Shown here: one piece after another, positions 1-8,496 of the stretch | Position numbering within the stretch: the stretch's first letter is position 1 | Layout of the letters: every line of letters begins with the position of its first letter | Source: Enterocloster bolteae | Lineage (GTDB): Bacteria > Bacillota > Clostridia > Lachnospirales > Lachnospiraceae | Length of the DNA stretch: 64,000 nt | Direction of reading: 5' to 3' | NCBI GenBank assembly: GCA_021772025.1 | Contig: JAETNT010000005.1 | Span: forward strand, 41,267 to 105,266 | The notes under the pieces: generated by a model | What the model was told of the DNA's origin: nothing | The model's input: only the letters and a program-made list of their open reading frames with translations | Databases searched by the model: none | Program-made: the position numbers and the translations under genes

Positions 1-686
1 CCTTTTCTAAATCCATCGGTCCGGTGTCTATAGATCCGGTCCGGTTTGATTGGGCTGAGAGGAAGAATAACCGTCTGTATATGCCGGATGCCCAGGCGGC
101 AGCAGAGGCGGAATGCTATCTGGAAGAGATGATGGCGAAAAAGGATTCTGCAGGCGGTGTAATAGAATGCTGGATGGAGGGACTTCCGGCAGGGATTGGA
201 GAGCCGGTCTTTGACAAACTAAGCGCCAGCCTGGCCAAGGCAATTATGTCTATTGGCGGGGTAAAAGGCTTTGAGATTGGAGATGGCTTTGAGGCGGCAT
301 CCTTGAACGGATCTGTTAACAATGATCCCTTCGGTATTGATAAAAATGGACGGATTTATAAAAAGACAAATCATTCAGGAGGCGTCCTGGGCGGCATCAG
401 CGACGGCAGCCGGCTTACCTTCCGGGCGGCTTTTAAGCCTACCCCTTCTATTGCTTCCATCCAGGAGACGGTAAAGCGTCAAGGAGAGGAGACTCGTATT
501 GAGATTAAGGGAAGGCATGATCCCGTTATCGTGCCGAGAGCAGTGGTAGTGGTGGAAGCCATGGCAGCGCTGACTGCAGTAGATTTGCTGCTTATGTCCA
601 TGACTTCGCGGTTAGATAAGATCCAGGCTTTTTTTGCCTACGGACAGGCTTTGGAAGAGGAGCAAAAAGAAAAGGAGAGGGACTGA
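1..686 (+). CDS. aroC: Chorismate synthase, C-terminal ~228 aa; 5' end lies upstream of the window
   Basis: ORF 24..686 is open to the window edge. Conserved chorismate-synthase motifs GRHDPVIVPRAVVVVEAMAALTAVDLLL and GGISDGS are present. Confidence 0.85.
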   Translation, partial: FSKSIGPVSIDPVRFDWAERKNNRLYMPDAQAAAEAECYLEEMMAKKDSAGGVIECWMEGLPAGIGEPVFDKLSASLAKAIMSIGGVKGFEIGDGFEAASLNGSVNNDPFGIDKNGRIYKKTNHSGGVLGGISDGSRLTFRAAFKPTPSIASIQETVKRQGEETRIEIKGRHDPVIVPRAVVVVEAMAALTAVDLLLMSMTSRLDKIQAFFAYGQALEEEQKEKERD

Positions 687-687
687 C

Positions 688-1128
688 ATGAAAATTGCAA
701 TGGGCAACGATCATACCGCAGTAGAGCTGAAAAATATTATTAAAGAATTTGTAGAAGAGAAGGGCTATGAAGTTCTGGACTTGGGAACCAATTCCTCCGA
801 GAGCTGCGATTATCCGGTATATGGAGAGAAGGTAGGACGCGCCGTGGCGTCCGGCCAGGCAGACTTGGGTATTGCCATCTGCGGTACCGGTGTAGGCATT
901 TCCTTGGCTGCCGGCAAGGTAAAAGGAATTCGTGCATGTGTATGCAGCGAACCATACACTGCCAGATTGTCCAGAATGCACAATAATTCTAACGTTTTGG
1001 CATTCGGAGCCAGAGTGGTGGGAAGTGAGATGGCCAAAATGATCACGGAAGAATGGCTGAATGCCCATTATGAGGGTGGCCGTCACCAGCATCGGGTGGA
1101 TATGCTGATGGAAATTGAGAATCATTAA
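688..1128 (+). CDS. rpiB: Ribose-5-phosphate isomerase B / galactose-6-phosphate isomerase LacB family
   Basis: MKIAMGNDHTAVELK...CGTGVGISLAAGKVKGIRACVCSEPYTA is typical of RpiB. ATG at 688 lies in frame within ORF 634..1128, 9 nt after AAAAGGAGAGGG. Confidence 0.85.
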   Translation: MKIAMGNDHTAVELKNIIKEFVEEKGYEVLDLGTNSSESCDYPVYGEKVGRAVASGQADLGIAICGTGVGISLAAGKVKGIRACVCSEPYTARLSRMHNNSNVLAFGARVVGSEMAKMITEEWLNAHYEGGRHQHRVDMLMEIENH

Positions 1129-1270
1129 TGTGTTTTTGCTAGGATGGCGTGTAAAGAAATGGAAACTGAATCGTTAGAATATCGTAAGAGTTTAGACGGG
1201 TAGTCATCTTGAATTTGCCGGATAAAAATGCTAAAATAGTTTCAGAGAGAAGAGAAAAGGAGTGATTACC

Positions 1271-1762
1271 ATGAGAAGGAAGCTATGGGCATTGTTGGTG
1301 ACTACGGTTCTCTTCGTCGGTATTTTGGGCACGGTGACTGGGCTGGCTGCTGAGGCAGCAGACAGTTTTAAAGCGGGAGAGGTAGAGATTTCCATTAACG
1401 GTGAAGCCGCACCGGTGCTTTCAGATTTAGGGAAGGCTGAAAATTACTACGAAGCGGAGAACTGCAGCCATCAGGGCAAAGAAAAGGTATATGTATATAA
1501 GGACTTTGAGATTTCTACCTATCCTATGGAGAAGAAGGACTGTATCAATTCCATCTATTTCAAGACCGGCGATGTAGAGACCTCCGAAGGGATTGCAATT
1601 GGTTCTACCATTGAGGATATGCAGAACATTTATGGCGGAGATTATACCCAATCCAAGGGTGTTTATAAATATAAGTGCGATCAATTCACCTTGACCTTTT
1701 ACAGCAATAAGGAAGGCGTCATTAACGGAATTGAATTTATCTCCGATAAAGAGTTAAAGTAA
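1271..1762 (+). CDS. Hypothetical secreted protein with N-terminal signal peptide
   Basis: ATG 9 nt after AAGGAG. Hydrophobic N-terminus LWALLVTTVLFVGILGTVTGLAAEA. No recognisable domain. Confidence 0.5.
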   Translation: MRRKLWALLVTTVLFVGILGTVTGLAAEAADSFKAGEVEISINGEAAPVLSDLGKAENYYEAENCSHQGKEKVYVYKDFEISTYPMEKKDCINSIYFKTGDVETSEGIAIGSTIEDMQNIYGGDYTQSKGVYKYKCDQFTLTFYSNKEGVINGIEFISDKELK

Positions 1763-1783
1763 TCTGGATTATCCATAGAAAAC

Positions 1784-1822
1784 AGGCACTGCAGCTTGGG
1801 GCTTCAAGCTGCAGTGCCTTTT
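1784..1822. terminator. Bidirectional rho-independent terminator between convergent genes
   Basis: GGCACTGCAGCTTG-gggcttc-CAAGCTGCAGTGCC followed by TTTTT. It overlaps the stop codon of the minus-strand lepB gene. Confidence 0.8.
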
Positions 1823-2409
1823 TAATGGATTGTTCCTATTTTATTAAACGGAAAATATCGGAACAGCACCTTGGCGATAATCTTATCTTCTTTTACCCAG
1901 GTGTTATCCCAGAACCGGGCATCCCAGGAGTCATTTCGATTATCGCCCATCATAAAGTAGCTGCCTTCCGGCACTTCATAATGAAGAGGACCGAAAAAGC
2001 TGGTCTCCATAGGTTCTTTTAAGTACGGCTCATCCAACGGGGTATCGGATCCGTTTAAGTAGACCCCCCCATCCCGGACATCAACCACATCTCCCGGAAG
2101 GCCGATAATCCGCTTTACATAATATGTTTTTCCGGTGGGGTCATCAGGATAATGGAAGATTACCACATCTCCCCGCTCCGGCTGGGAAAAGGCATAGGAC
2201 AGCCGGGATCCGATTACCCTGTCGTGGGCCATAATGGTATTTTCCATTGAGGAGGTGGGAACCTGACTGTTGGCAATGATACAGCTGTTTAAAAACAAAG
2301 CGATAAGGGCGGCCGCTATGATTACCTGTATCCAGCTAATCAGCTCGGATTTCCAGCTGACGGTCTCCTTTTCCGGAATATTGCTGCTATTATCTGAATT
2401 TTTTCTCAT
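1822..2409 (-). CDS. lepB: Signal peptidase I (S26 family)
   Basis: N-terminal TM helix and catalytic-Ser region SSMENTIMAHDRV. Conserved boxes YVKRIIGLPGD and MMGDNRNDSWDARFW. Confidence 0.9.
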   Translation of the reverse strand: MRKNSDNSSNIPEKETVSWKSELISWIQVIIAAALIALFLNSCIIANSQVPTSSMENTIMAHDRVIGSRLSYAFSQPERGDVVIFHYPDDPTGKTYYVKRIIGLPGDVVDVRDGGVYLNGSDTPLDEPYLKEPMETSFFGPLHYEVPEGSYFMMGDNRNDSWDARFWDNTWVKEDKIIAKVLFRYFPFNKIGTIH

Positions 2410-2686
2410 AATTTCCTCACTAAATCATTGAAAAGTTCTGCTGGTTTGCTAATCCACTAGCTAGAGATAAAGTTTATACGAGATTTCCGGTTTATGCAAG
2501 GGGTTTTACGAAAATATAAGAAAAATGTCAGGAAACCTTCAGGAGCTGAGCTGTATACGGAAATTTCCGGTTTGGGCTGCCTGCCATAGCAGAAGACGAT
2601 TTTGGTAACGATTCTGGAAAAAAATACATGGAAATTATCTGGTAAATACAGTAAAATAAAAAGAAAAGCAGCAGGAGAGGGAAGGT

Positions 2687-3757
2687 ATGAAGGAAAAAGT
2701 AAAAAAAGTCTGGCAAATTATCGCTGCAGCTGTACTTTTTTTGACATCATTATTGGGGATGGCCGGAGCCAGGGAAATAAACGGATTTGCAGATTGGTAC
2801 GGGACACGGATTTATCCGCTGCTGGCAGGGACCATAGGGAGGGTTTGCGGAGTTTTTTCCATTTCCGTTGCGGAGTTCGGCTTGTATCTGTTGATGGCCG
2901 GAGCTGCCGCTTACGGAATCCGGCATAGAAAAAATCCTGCGGTATTCCTGAAAAACGGAATTTTTTTAACATCGGTTCTGACATTTTTATATGTAATAAA
3001 CTGCGGCATCAATTATTCAAGAACCCCTCTTTCCCATACGATGGATCTGGAAGTGCGGGATTCTTCTGAGGAGGAGCTGTACCAGCTGTGTGAATTTTTA
3101 ACCGACAGGGTAATACAGGCATCAGAAACTGCCGGGGACAGGATTACCGCTACAGAAGCGATGACCTTTAAAGAGGCTTGGCGGCTTGGCCATGACGGGG
3201 TAAAAGCTATGGAGAAGCTGGGCGGCTCTTATCCGGCTTTGGGAGGATATTATCCTAATCCGAAACCGGTGCAGGTTTCCTGGATATTATCAGTACAGCA
3301 GCTGTCCGGAATTTACTCGCCCTTTACGGTGGAAGCAAATTTTAACCGAAAGATGACACCCTATAATATTCCTCATACGGTGTGCCATGAGCTGTCCCAT
3401 TTAAAAGGGTTTATGCGGGAAGATGAAGCAAACTTTGCCGGATATCTGGCCTGCATAGGGTCGGATTCGCCGGAATTCCAGTATAGCGGTTATCTGATGG
3501 GCTGGATTTATGCTACTAATGCACTATACAGGGAGAACCCGGAAAGCTATTTTCAGCTATATAACCGGCTTCCGCCCATAGTTATAGAAGATTTAAATGC
3601 CAACAGCATGTTTTGGGATCAGTATGAGGGGAAAGTGGCGGAGACCGCTACAAAGGTTAACGATACATACCTGAAACTTCATCAACAGAAGGATGGAGTA
3701 AAAAGCTATGGAAGAGTGGTAGATCTTATGCTGGCTTATTACCGATTCCCATTGTAA
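2687..3757 (+). CDS. DUF3810-family membrane protein with HExxH motif (putative zinc metalloprotease)
   Basis: N-terminal TM helices and the motif VCHELSHLKGFMREDEANFAGY. Strong RBS GGAGAGGGAAGG upstream. Confidence 0.6.
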   Translation: MKEKVKKVWQIIAAAVLFLTSLLGMAGAREINGFADWYGTRIYPLLAGTIGRVCGVFSISVAEFGLYLLMAGAAAYGIRHRKNPAVFLKNGIFLTSVLTFLYVINCGINYSRTPLSHTMDLEVRDSSEEELYQLCEFLTDRVIQASETAGDRITATEAMTFKEAWRLGHDGVKAMEKLGGSYPALGGYYPNPKPVQVSWILSVQQLSGIYSPFTVEANFNRKMTPYNIPHTVCHELSHLKGFMREDEANFAGYLACIGSDSPEFQYSGYLMGWIYATNALYRENPESYFQLYNRLPPIVIEDLNANSMFWDQYEGKVAETATKVNDTYLKLHQQKDGVKSYGRVVDLMLAYYRFPL

Positions 3758-3829
3758 TTTATAAGGAAAAATGGTAAACTATTTACAATAAATTTATAAA
3801 ACGAAAAGCATTCATAAGGGGGAAGGATT

Positions 3830-6331
3830 ATGGATAAAAAACTATATGATTTAATGGACTGGGCAGGCATTGAAGAGCTGGTTTATTCTGAGGCTGTAAA
3901 TCCGCACGGGATTTTGGGCCCCCATATCACAGAGGATGGGGTTCTGGTTCAGATGATGATGCCTACTGCCAAGGAGGCGGCAGTGGTAGTCGGCTCCAAA
4001 GAATATCCCATGGAGCTGGCAGATGAGGCAGGCTTTTTTGCTGCTCTGCTTCCAAGAAAGACCATTCCGGAATATACCTTAAAAGTTACCTTTGACAATG
4101 ACGTTACCAAAAAATTTAAAGATCCGTATGCTTTTGCACCTCAGATTTCCGAAACAGATTTAAAGAAGTTTGAGGCCGGAATCCACTATGAGATTTATGA
4201 TAAATTAGGTGCCCACCCCATGACCATTAATGGAGTGGCAGGCGTTTACTTTGCAGTTTGGGCGCCATGTGCTCTTCGCGTCAGTGTAGTGGGGGACTTT
4301 AACCTGTGGGACGGCCGCCGCAATCAGATGCGCCGCTTAGGAGACTCCGGAGTTTTTGAGATTTTTATGCCGGGGCTGCCTGAAGGAAGCTTATATAAAT
4401 ACGAGGTAAGATGTAAGAACGGCGATCCTATTTTAAAGGCAGATCCATATGCAAGCTATTCTGAATTGCGCCCCAATACGGCATCTGTTGTTTGGGATAC
4501 CAGTAGGTATCAGTGGAAGGATCAGGACTGGATGAAAAAGCGGGCAGGCGAAGATTTAAAGAGCAAGCCTATGGCTATTTATGAAGTACATTTGGGTTCC
4601 TGGATGCGAAAAGAACTTGCTTTGGATGAAGAAGGCAGGGAGATTATCGGCTCCGAATTTTATAATTACAGAGAGATTGCGGTAAAGCTGGCAGAATATG
4701 TGAAAGAGATGGGGTACACCCATGTAGAATTAATGCCGGTTATGGAGCATCCTTTGGATGCCTCTTGGGGCTATCAGGTTACCAGTTACTATGCGCCTAC
4801 CAGCCGTTATGGCACTCCGGATGATTTTATGTATTTTATGGATTACATGCACGGACAGGGGATCGGCGTGATTCTAGATTGGGTGCCGGCTCATTTTCCA
4901 AGAGATTCTTACGGCTTGGCTGCTTTTGACGGTACCTGCGTATATGAGCATGCCGATCCGCGCCAGGGCGCCCATCCTCATTGGGGAACTCTGATTTATA
5001 ATTACGGCAGGCCTCAGGTATCCAACTTCCTTATTGCAAATGCACTGTTTTGGGCGGAAAAGTACCACGCAGACGGCATCCGTATGGATGCGGTGGCATC
5101 TATGCTGTACCTGGATTATGGAAAAAATGACGGTGAGTGGGTCGCTAATATCTACGGCGGACATGAGAATCTGGAAGCAGTAGAATTCTTAAAGCATTTG
5201 AATTCTGTATTTAAAGGCCGTACAGGAGGGGCAATTCTCATCGCAGAAGAATCTACCGCATGGCCAAAGATTACAGGAGACGTAAAGGAAAATGGCCTGG
5301 GCTTTGATTATAAATGGAATATGGGATGGATGAACGATTTCCTGAATTATATGAAATGTGATCCGTATTTCCGCAAGAATAATTATGGGCAGCTTACATT
5401 TTCCATGCTGTATGCTTATAGTGAGAACTTTGTGCTGGTATTTTCCCATGATGAAGTAGTTCACGGGAAAGGCTCCATGATTGGCAAAATGCCCGGAGAA
5501 ACTTTGGAACAGAAGGCGGCTAATCTTCGGGTTGCATATGGTTTCTATATGGGGCATCCCGGCAAGAAGCTTTTGTTTATGGGGCAGGATTTTGCTCAGG
5601 TAGATGAGTGGAATGAGGATGTCAGTCTGGAGTGGGATCTTCTGCAATATCCGGTTCACAGCCAGACTCAAGCTTTTATGAAGGCTTTAAACGCTCTTTA
5701 TGCAAAATATCCGGCTCTGTCCCAGCTGGATTATGATCCGGATGGCTTTGAGTGGATGAATTGCTCTTATAATGAGCTGAGTATGGCGATGTTTGTAAGA
5801 AAAACGAAGAAGCCGGAGGATACACTGCTTTTTGTCTGCAACTTTGATAATATGGAACATAAAAAATTCCGGGTGGGAGTTCCCTTTGCAGGAAAGTATA
5901 AAGAAATTTTAAGCAGCGATGCAGCAGAATACGGCGGATCCGGCATGGTGAATGCCAGAGTAAAAGTTTCTAAAAAGATCGAATGGGATGAGCAGGAAAA
6001 TTCTATTGAGATTGACATTGCTCCTATGAGTGTCAGCATTTTTACCTGCGCTCCGGAGGAAGAGAAAAAGACAGAACAGACAAAAAGAACTAAAACGGCT
6101 CATGTCAAAAAAAGTACAGAGCCTGTAAAGAAGACGGCAGGAAAAACGGATAAACCCGTGACAAAAGTGGAGAAAGCTGTATCAAAAGCGGAGAAATCTA
6201 CAGAAAAAGTGGGAAAATTAGCAGTAAAAACAGAGAAACCAGCAACGAAAATGGGGAAACCTGTGGAAAAAGCGGAGAAGTCCGCAGGGAAGTCCGCACC
6301 GGCAAAGGCTGCAGGTAAGAAAAGAAAATAG
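3830..6331 (+). CDS. glgB: 1,4-alpha-glucan branching enzyme with atypical ~95-aa lysine-rich C-terminal extension
   Basis: GH13 branching-enzyme motifs (GVILDWVPAHF, GIRMDAVASMLY, AEESTAWP). It is 833 aa, about 100 aa longer than typical GlgB, ending in KxxK-type repeats. Confidence 0.9.
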   Translation: MDKKLYDLMDWAGIEELVYSEAVNPHGILGPHITEDGVLVQMMMPTAKEAAVVVGSKEYPMELADEAGFFAALLPRKTIPEYTLKVTFDNDVTKKFKDPYAFAPQISETDLKKFEAGIHYEIYDKLGAHPMTINGVAGVYFAVWAPCALRVSVVGDFNLWDGRRNQMRRLGDSGVFEIFMPGLPEGSLYKYEVRCKNGDPILKADPYASYSELRPNTASVVWDTSRYQWKDQDWMKKRAGEDLKSKPMAIYEVHLGSWMRKELALDEEGREIIGSEFYNYREIAVKLAEYVKEMGYTHVELMPVMEHPLDASWGYQVTSYYAPTSRYGTPDDFMYFMDYMHGQGIGVILDWVPAHFPRDSYGLAAFDGTCVYEHADPRQGAHPHWGTLIYNYGRPQVSNFLIANALFWAEKYHADGIRMDAVASMLYLDYGKNDGEWVANIYGGHENLEAVEFLKHLNSVFKGRTGGAILIAEESTAWPKITGDVKENGLGFDYKWNMGWMNDFLNYMKCDPYFRKNNYGQLTFSMLYAYSENFVLVFSHDEVVHGKGSMIGKMPGETLEQKAANLRVAYGFYMGHPGKKLLFMGQDFAQVDEWNEDVSLEWDLLQYPVHSQTQAFMKALNALYAKYPALSQLDYDPDGFEWMNCSYNELSMAMFVRKTKKPEDTLLFVCNFDNMEHKKFRVGVPFAGKYKEILSSDAAEYGGSGMVNARVKVSKKIEWDEQENSIEIDIAPMSVSIFTCAPEEEKKTEQTKRTKTAHVKKSTEPVKKTAGKTDKPVTKVEKAVSKAEKSTEKVGKLAVKTEKPATKMGKPVEKAEKSAGKSAPAKAAGKKRK

Positions 6332-6372
6332 CGGTCCATTGACAGGGAGGCCCAGGCAGGAGGTTAGAGTAC

Positions 6373-7275
6373 GTGGAAGAGACAGGGCAGGTGGCTGTAC
6401 AGGAGACTTTGGAAGTTAGTGCACAATTGGCAGAGGATATTGCTAAATTGAATCCTAATGTGGTATTAGAAACCATGAAGGGGTGGATGCCGGGACTTAT
6501 GAGCTTTGGATACCGGGTTTTTGTAGCCGCTCTGATTCTTTTAATAGGCAGCCGTATTATCAAACTAAATAGTAAGTTTCTTAAACGAACCCTGGATAAG
6601 ATGGGATTGGAAATTAGTATCAGCAGGTTTCTGGTATCCGTGGCGAATGCTTTCCAGTATGGAATCCTGATATTTATTGCTGCCGATAAAATTGGCATCA
6701 GTTCTGCGTCCATTGTAGCGTTGTTAGGCTCTGCAGGTATTGCTATTGGTCTTGCTCTTCAGGGAAGCCTGGCAAATTTTGCCGGTGGTGTACTGATTTT
6801 GGTGATGAAGCCTTTTAAAGTGGGAGATTATGTGATTACAGAAGGCGGCGAAGGCACAGTAGTGAATATCGGCCTGGTATATACAACGCTGGCCTCGCCG
6901 GATAATCGTAAGATTGTTATTCCCAACGGAAGTCTGTCTGATGCTCCCTTAACGAATGTAACAGGTATGGGCAAACGCCGTCTGGATTTGCTGGTAGGAA
7001 TCAGCTACAATGCAGATTTGAAGCTTGCCAAGGAGATTTTGCAGAAGCTTTTTGAGAAGCATCCGCTGGTATTAAAGGAAGAACCGATTCAGGTATTTGT
7101 AGACAGCCTGGGGGACAGCTCAGTCCTTATAGGAGGAAGAGCCTGGACCACCAGTGAAGACTATTGGCCTGCCCGATGGGATATTACTGAGGCAGTAAAA
7201 TTAGAATATGATAAAGCGGGAATTGAAATTCCATTTAGTCAGATGGATGTGCATATGATTTCCCGAAAAGAATAA
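6373..7275 (+). CDS. mscS: Small-conductance mechanosensitive channel (MscS family)
   Basis: Three TM helices followed by the MscS beta domain (GDYVITEGGEGTVVNIGLVYTTLASPDNRKIVIPN). GTG start 11 nt after AGGAGG. Confidence 0.8.
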   Translation: MEETGQVAVQETLEVSAQLAEDIAKLNPNVVLETMKGWMPGLMSFGYRVFVAALILLIGSRIIKLNSKFLKRTLDKMGLEISISRFLVSVANAFQYGILIFIAADKIGISSASIVALLGSAGIAIGLALQGSLANFAGGVLILVMKPFKVGDYVITEGGEGTVVNIGLVYTTLASPDNRKIVIPNGSLSDAPLTNVTGMGKRRLDLLVGISYNADLKLAKEILQKLFEKHPLVLKEEPIQVFVDSLGDSSVLIGGRAWTTSEDYWPARWDITEAVKLEYDKAGIEIPFSQMDVHMISRKE

Positions 7276-7287
7276 AGGAATTATAAC

Positions 7288-7340
7288 AGGAAAAGGATGG
7301 CTGAGAAAAGATGACTTCTTGCCGTCCTTTTCCTGTTCTT
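7288..7340. terminator. Bidirectional terminator between mscS and the convergent GNAT gene
   Basis: CAGGAAAAGGATGGC...GCCGTCCTTTTCCTG hairpin with a T-rich flank. Confidence 0.7.
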
Positions 7341-7403
7341 CCCGGCGGTGACAACTGCTTGTGAGAAAGCAGAACAATGCAACGTTCTTAATAAGGGGAT
7401 TTT

Positions 7404-7973
7404 TTAAAATTTGACAGGAGGCTGTTCATGCTGATGGGTTCCGATTATTTTTTCCACCCAAATCAGATTATACCAACGGCCGAATTTGTAGCCGCACTTA
7501 TGAAATTCTCCAACTTTTACGAACCCCAAATGTGCATGAAAATCTGCACTATTTCTGCTGAGATATTCATCTTCTGTTTCTGGATAGGCAATGGAGGCAT
7601 ATAGATTTAAAATTCCCATTTTCTGCAGCCTGTCTTCAAGCGTTTCATATAATTTTCGTCCCAAACCACACTTCTGCGCGGTCCGATCCAGATACACGGT
7701 GATTTCGCATGACCAATCACAGGCAGCCCGTCCTATAAAAGCCCCTGCATAAGCATAGCCTTGAATTATTCCGTTCTGTTCCACCACAAGATAGGGATAG
7801 TGTTTCAACGTATTCTCAATGCGTTTTTGAAATTCAGATAATGCTGGAATAACATACTCAAATGTAATAGCCGTATTTTTTACATAATATCCATAAATTT
7901 CCAAAAGGCGCTCTGCATCTTCAAGGGACGCAGTTCTGACTGTGGCAGAAGCGGCAATATCTGGCTTACTCAT
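7404..7973 (-). CDS. GNAT-family N-acetyltransferase (phosphinothricin/YncA-like)
   Basis: Acetyl-CoA-binding region LDRTAQKCGLGRKLYETL and PAT-like C-terminus HLGFVKVGEFHKCGYKFGRWYNLIWVEK. Confidence 0.8.
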   Translation of the reverse strand: MSKPDIAASATVRTASLEDAERLLEIYGYYVKNTAITFEYVIPALSEFQKRIENTLKHYPYLVVEQNGIIQGYAYAGAFIGRAACDWSCEITVYLDRTAQKCGLGRKLYETLEDRLQKMGILNLYASIAYPETEDEYLSRNSADFHAHLGFVKVGEFHKCGYKFGRWYNLIWVEKIIGTHQHEQPPVKF

Positions 7974-8241
7974 CGTATCCCTCCACCAATCGAATTGTAG
8001 CCGTTACATTTTGGACTATGTCCCCCGTATCCCGTATAATATCTTCCAAACGGGTCCTGAGGGGAAGATCAAAAGATTCTTCAAGCTCCAGGGTAATCCA
8101 GTTGATTTCAGCCTCTTTAGCCTGCTCCACAGCTTCTTCCATGGTACCGCCCTGGGCGCGGCAGCCTTCCAGATCCGGAAAGGTTACATGGATAATTCCG
8201 GCAGAATCCTTTTTAAAAACTGCAGGATATACAAATTTCAT
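7966..8241 (-). CDS. HicB-like (UPF0150) antitoxin-fold protein; no adjacent HicA
   Basis: MKFVYPAVFKKDSAGIIHVTFPDLEGCRAQGGTMEEAVEQAKEA matches the HicB/UPF0150 N-terminal fold. Its TAA stop is embedded in ATGAGTAAG, the start of the downstream GNAT gene (8-nt overlap). Confidence 0.6.
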   Translation of the reverse strand: MKFVYPAVFKKDSAGIIHVTFPDLEGCRAQGGTMEEAVEQAKEAEINWITLELEESFDLPLRTRLEDIIRDTGDIVQNVTATIRLVEGYDE

Positions 8242-8395
8242 AATAACACCTCAAATTCAATGATTTTTAATAATTATTGTACTATGGTTTTCTGAAATTC
8301 TCAATACAGAGGATTGCCGCCATGAATATATTTTTCTCTTTTCTTAATTAATTATTTGGGCTGAGCGGCTATCCGCTGCCGGATAATTATCTGCC

Positions 8396-8424
8396 TTGCA
8401 TTACATACCAGAAACTGGTATAAT
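8396..8424 (+). promoter_or_regulatory. Sigma-A promoter for malQ (TTGCAT-17-TATAAT)
   Basis: TTGCAT at 8396-8401, a 17-nt spacer, TATAAT at 8419-8424, about 70 nt upstream of the malQ start. A palindrome AGCGGCTATCCGCT lies about 20 nt upstream. Confidence 0.6.
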
Positions 8425-8496
8425 AGGAACACTTGGCAAGATACTTTCCGGCCTATAAACTACCAGATTTAAGACAAAACAGGGGAGGATTGTGAC

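Noticed and set aside
7942-8295. + strand ORFs 7942..8295 and 8018..8263 opposite the HicB-like gene
   Set aside because: These are antisense shadow ORFs with low-complexity Ser/Arg-rich translations. The minus-strand HicB-like reading frame has recognisable family features.
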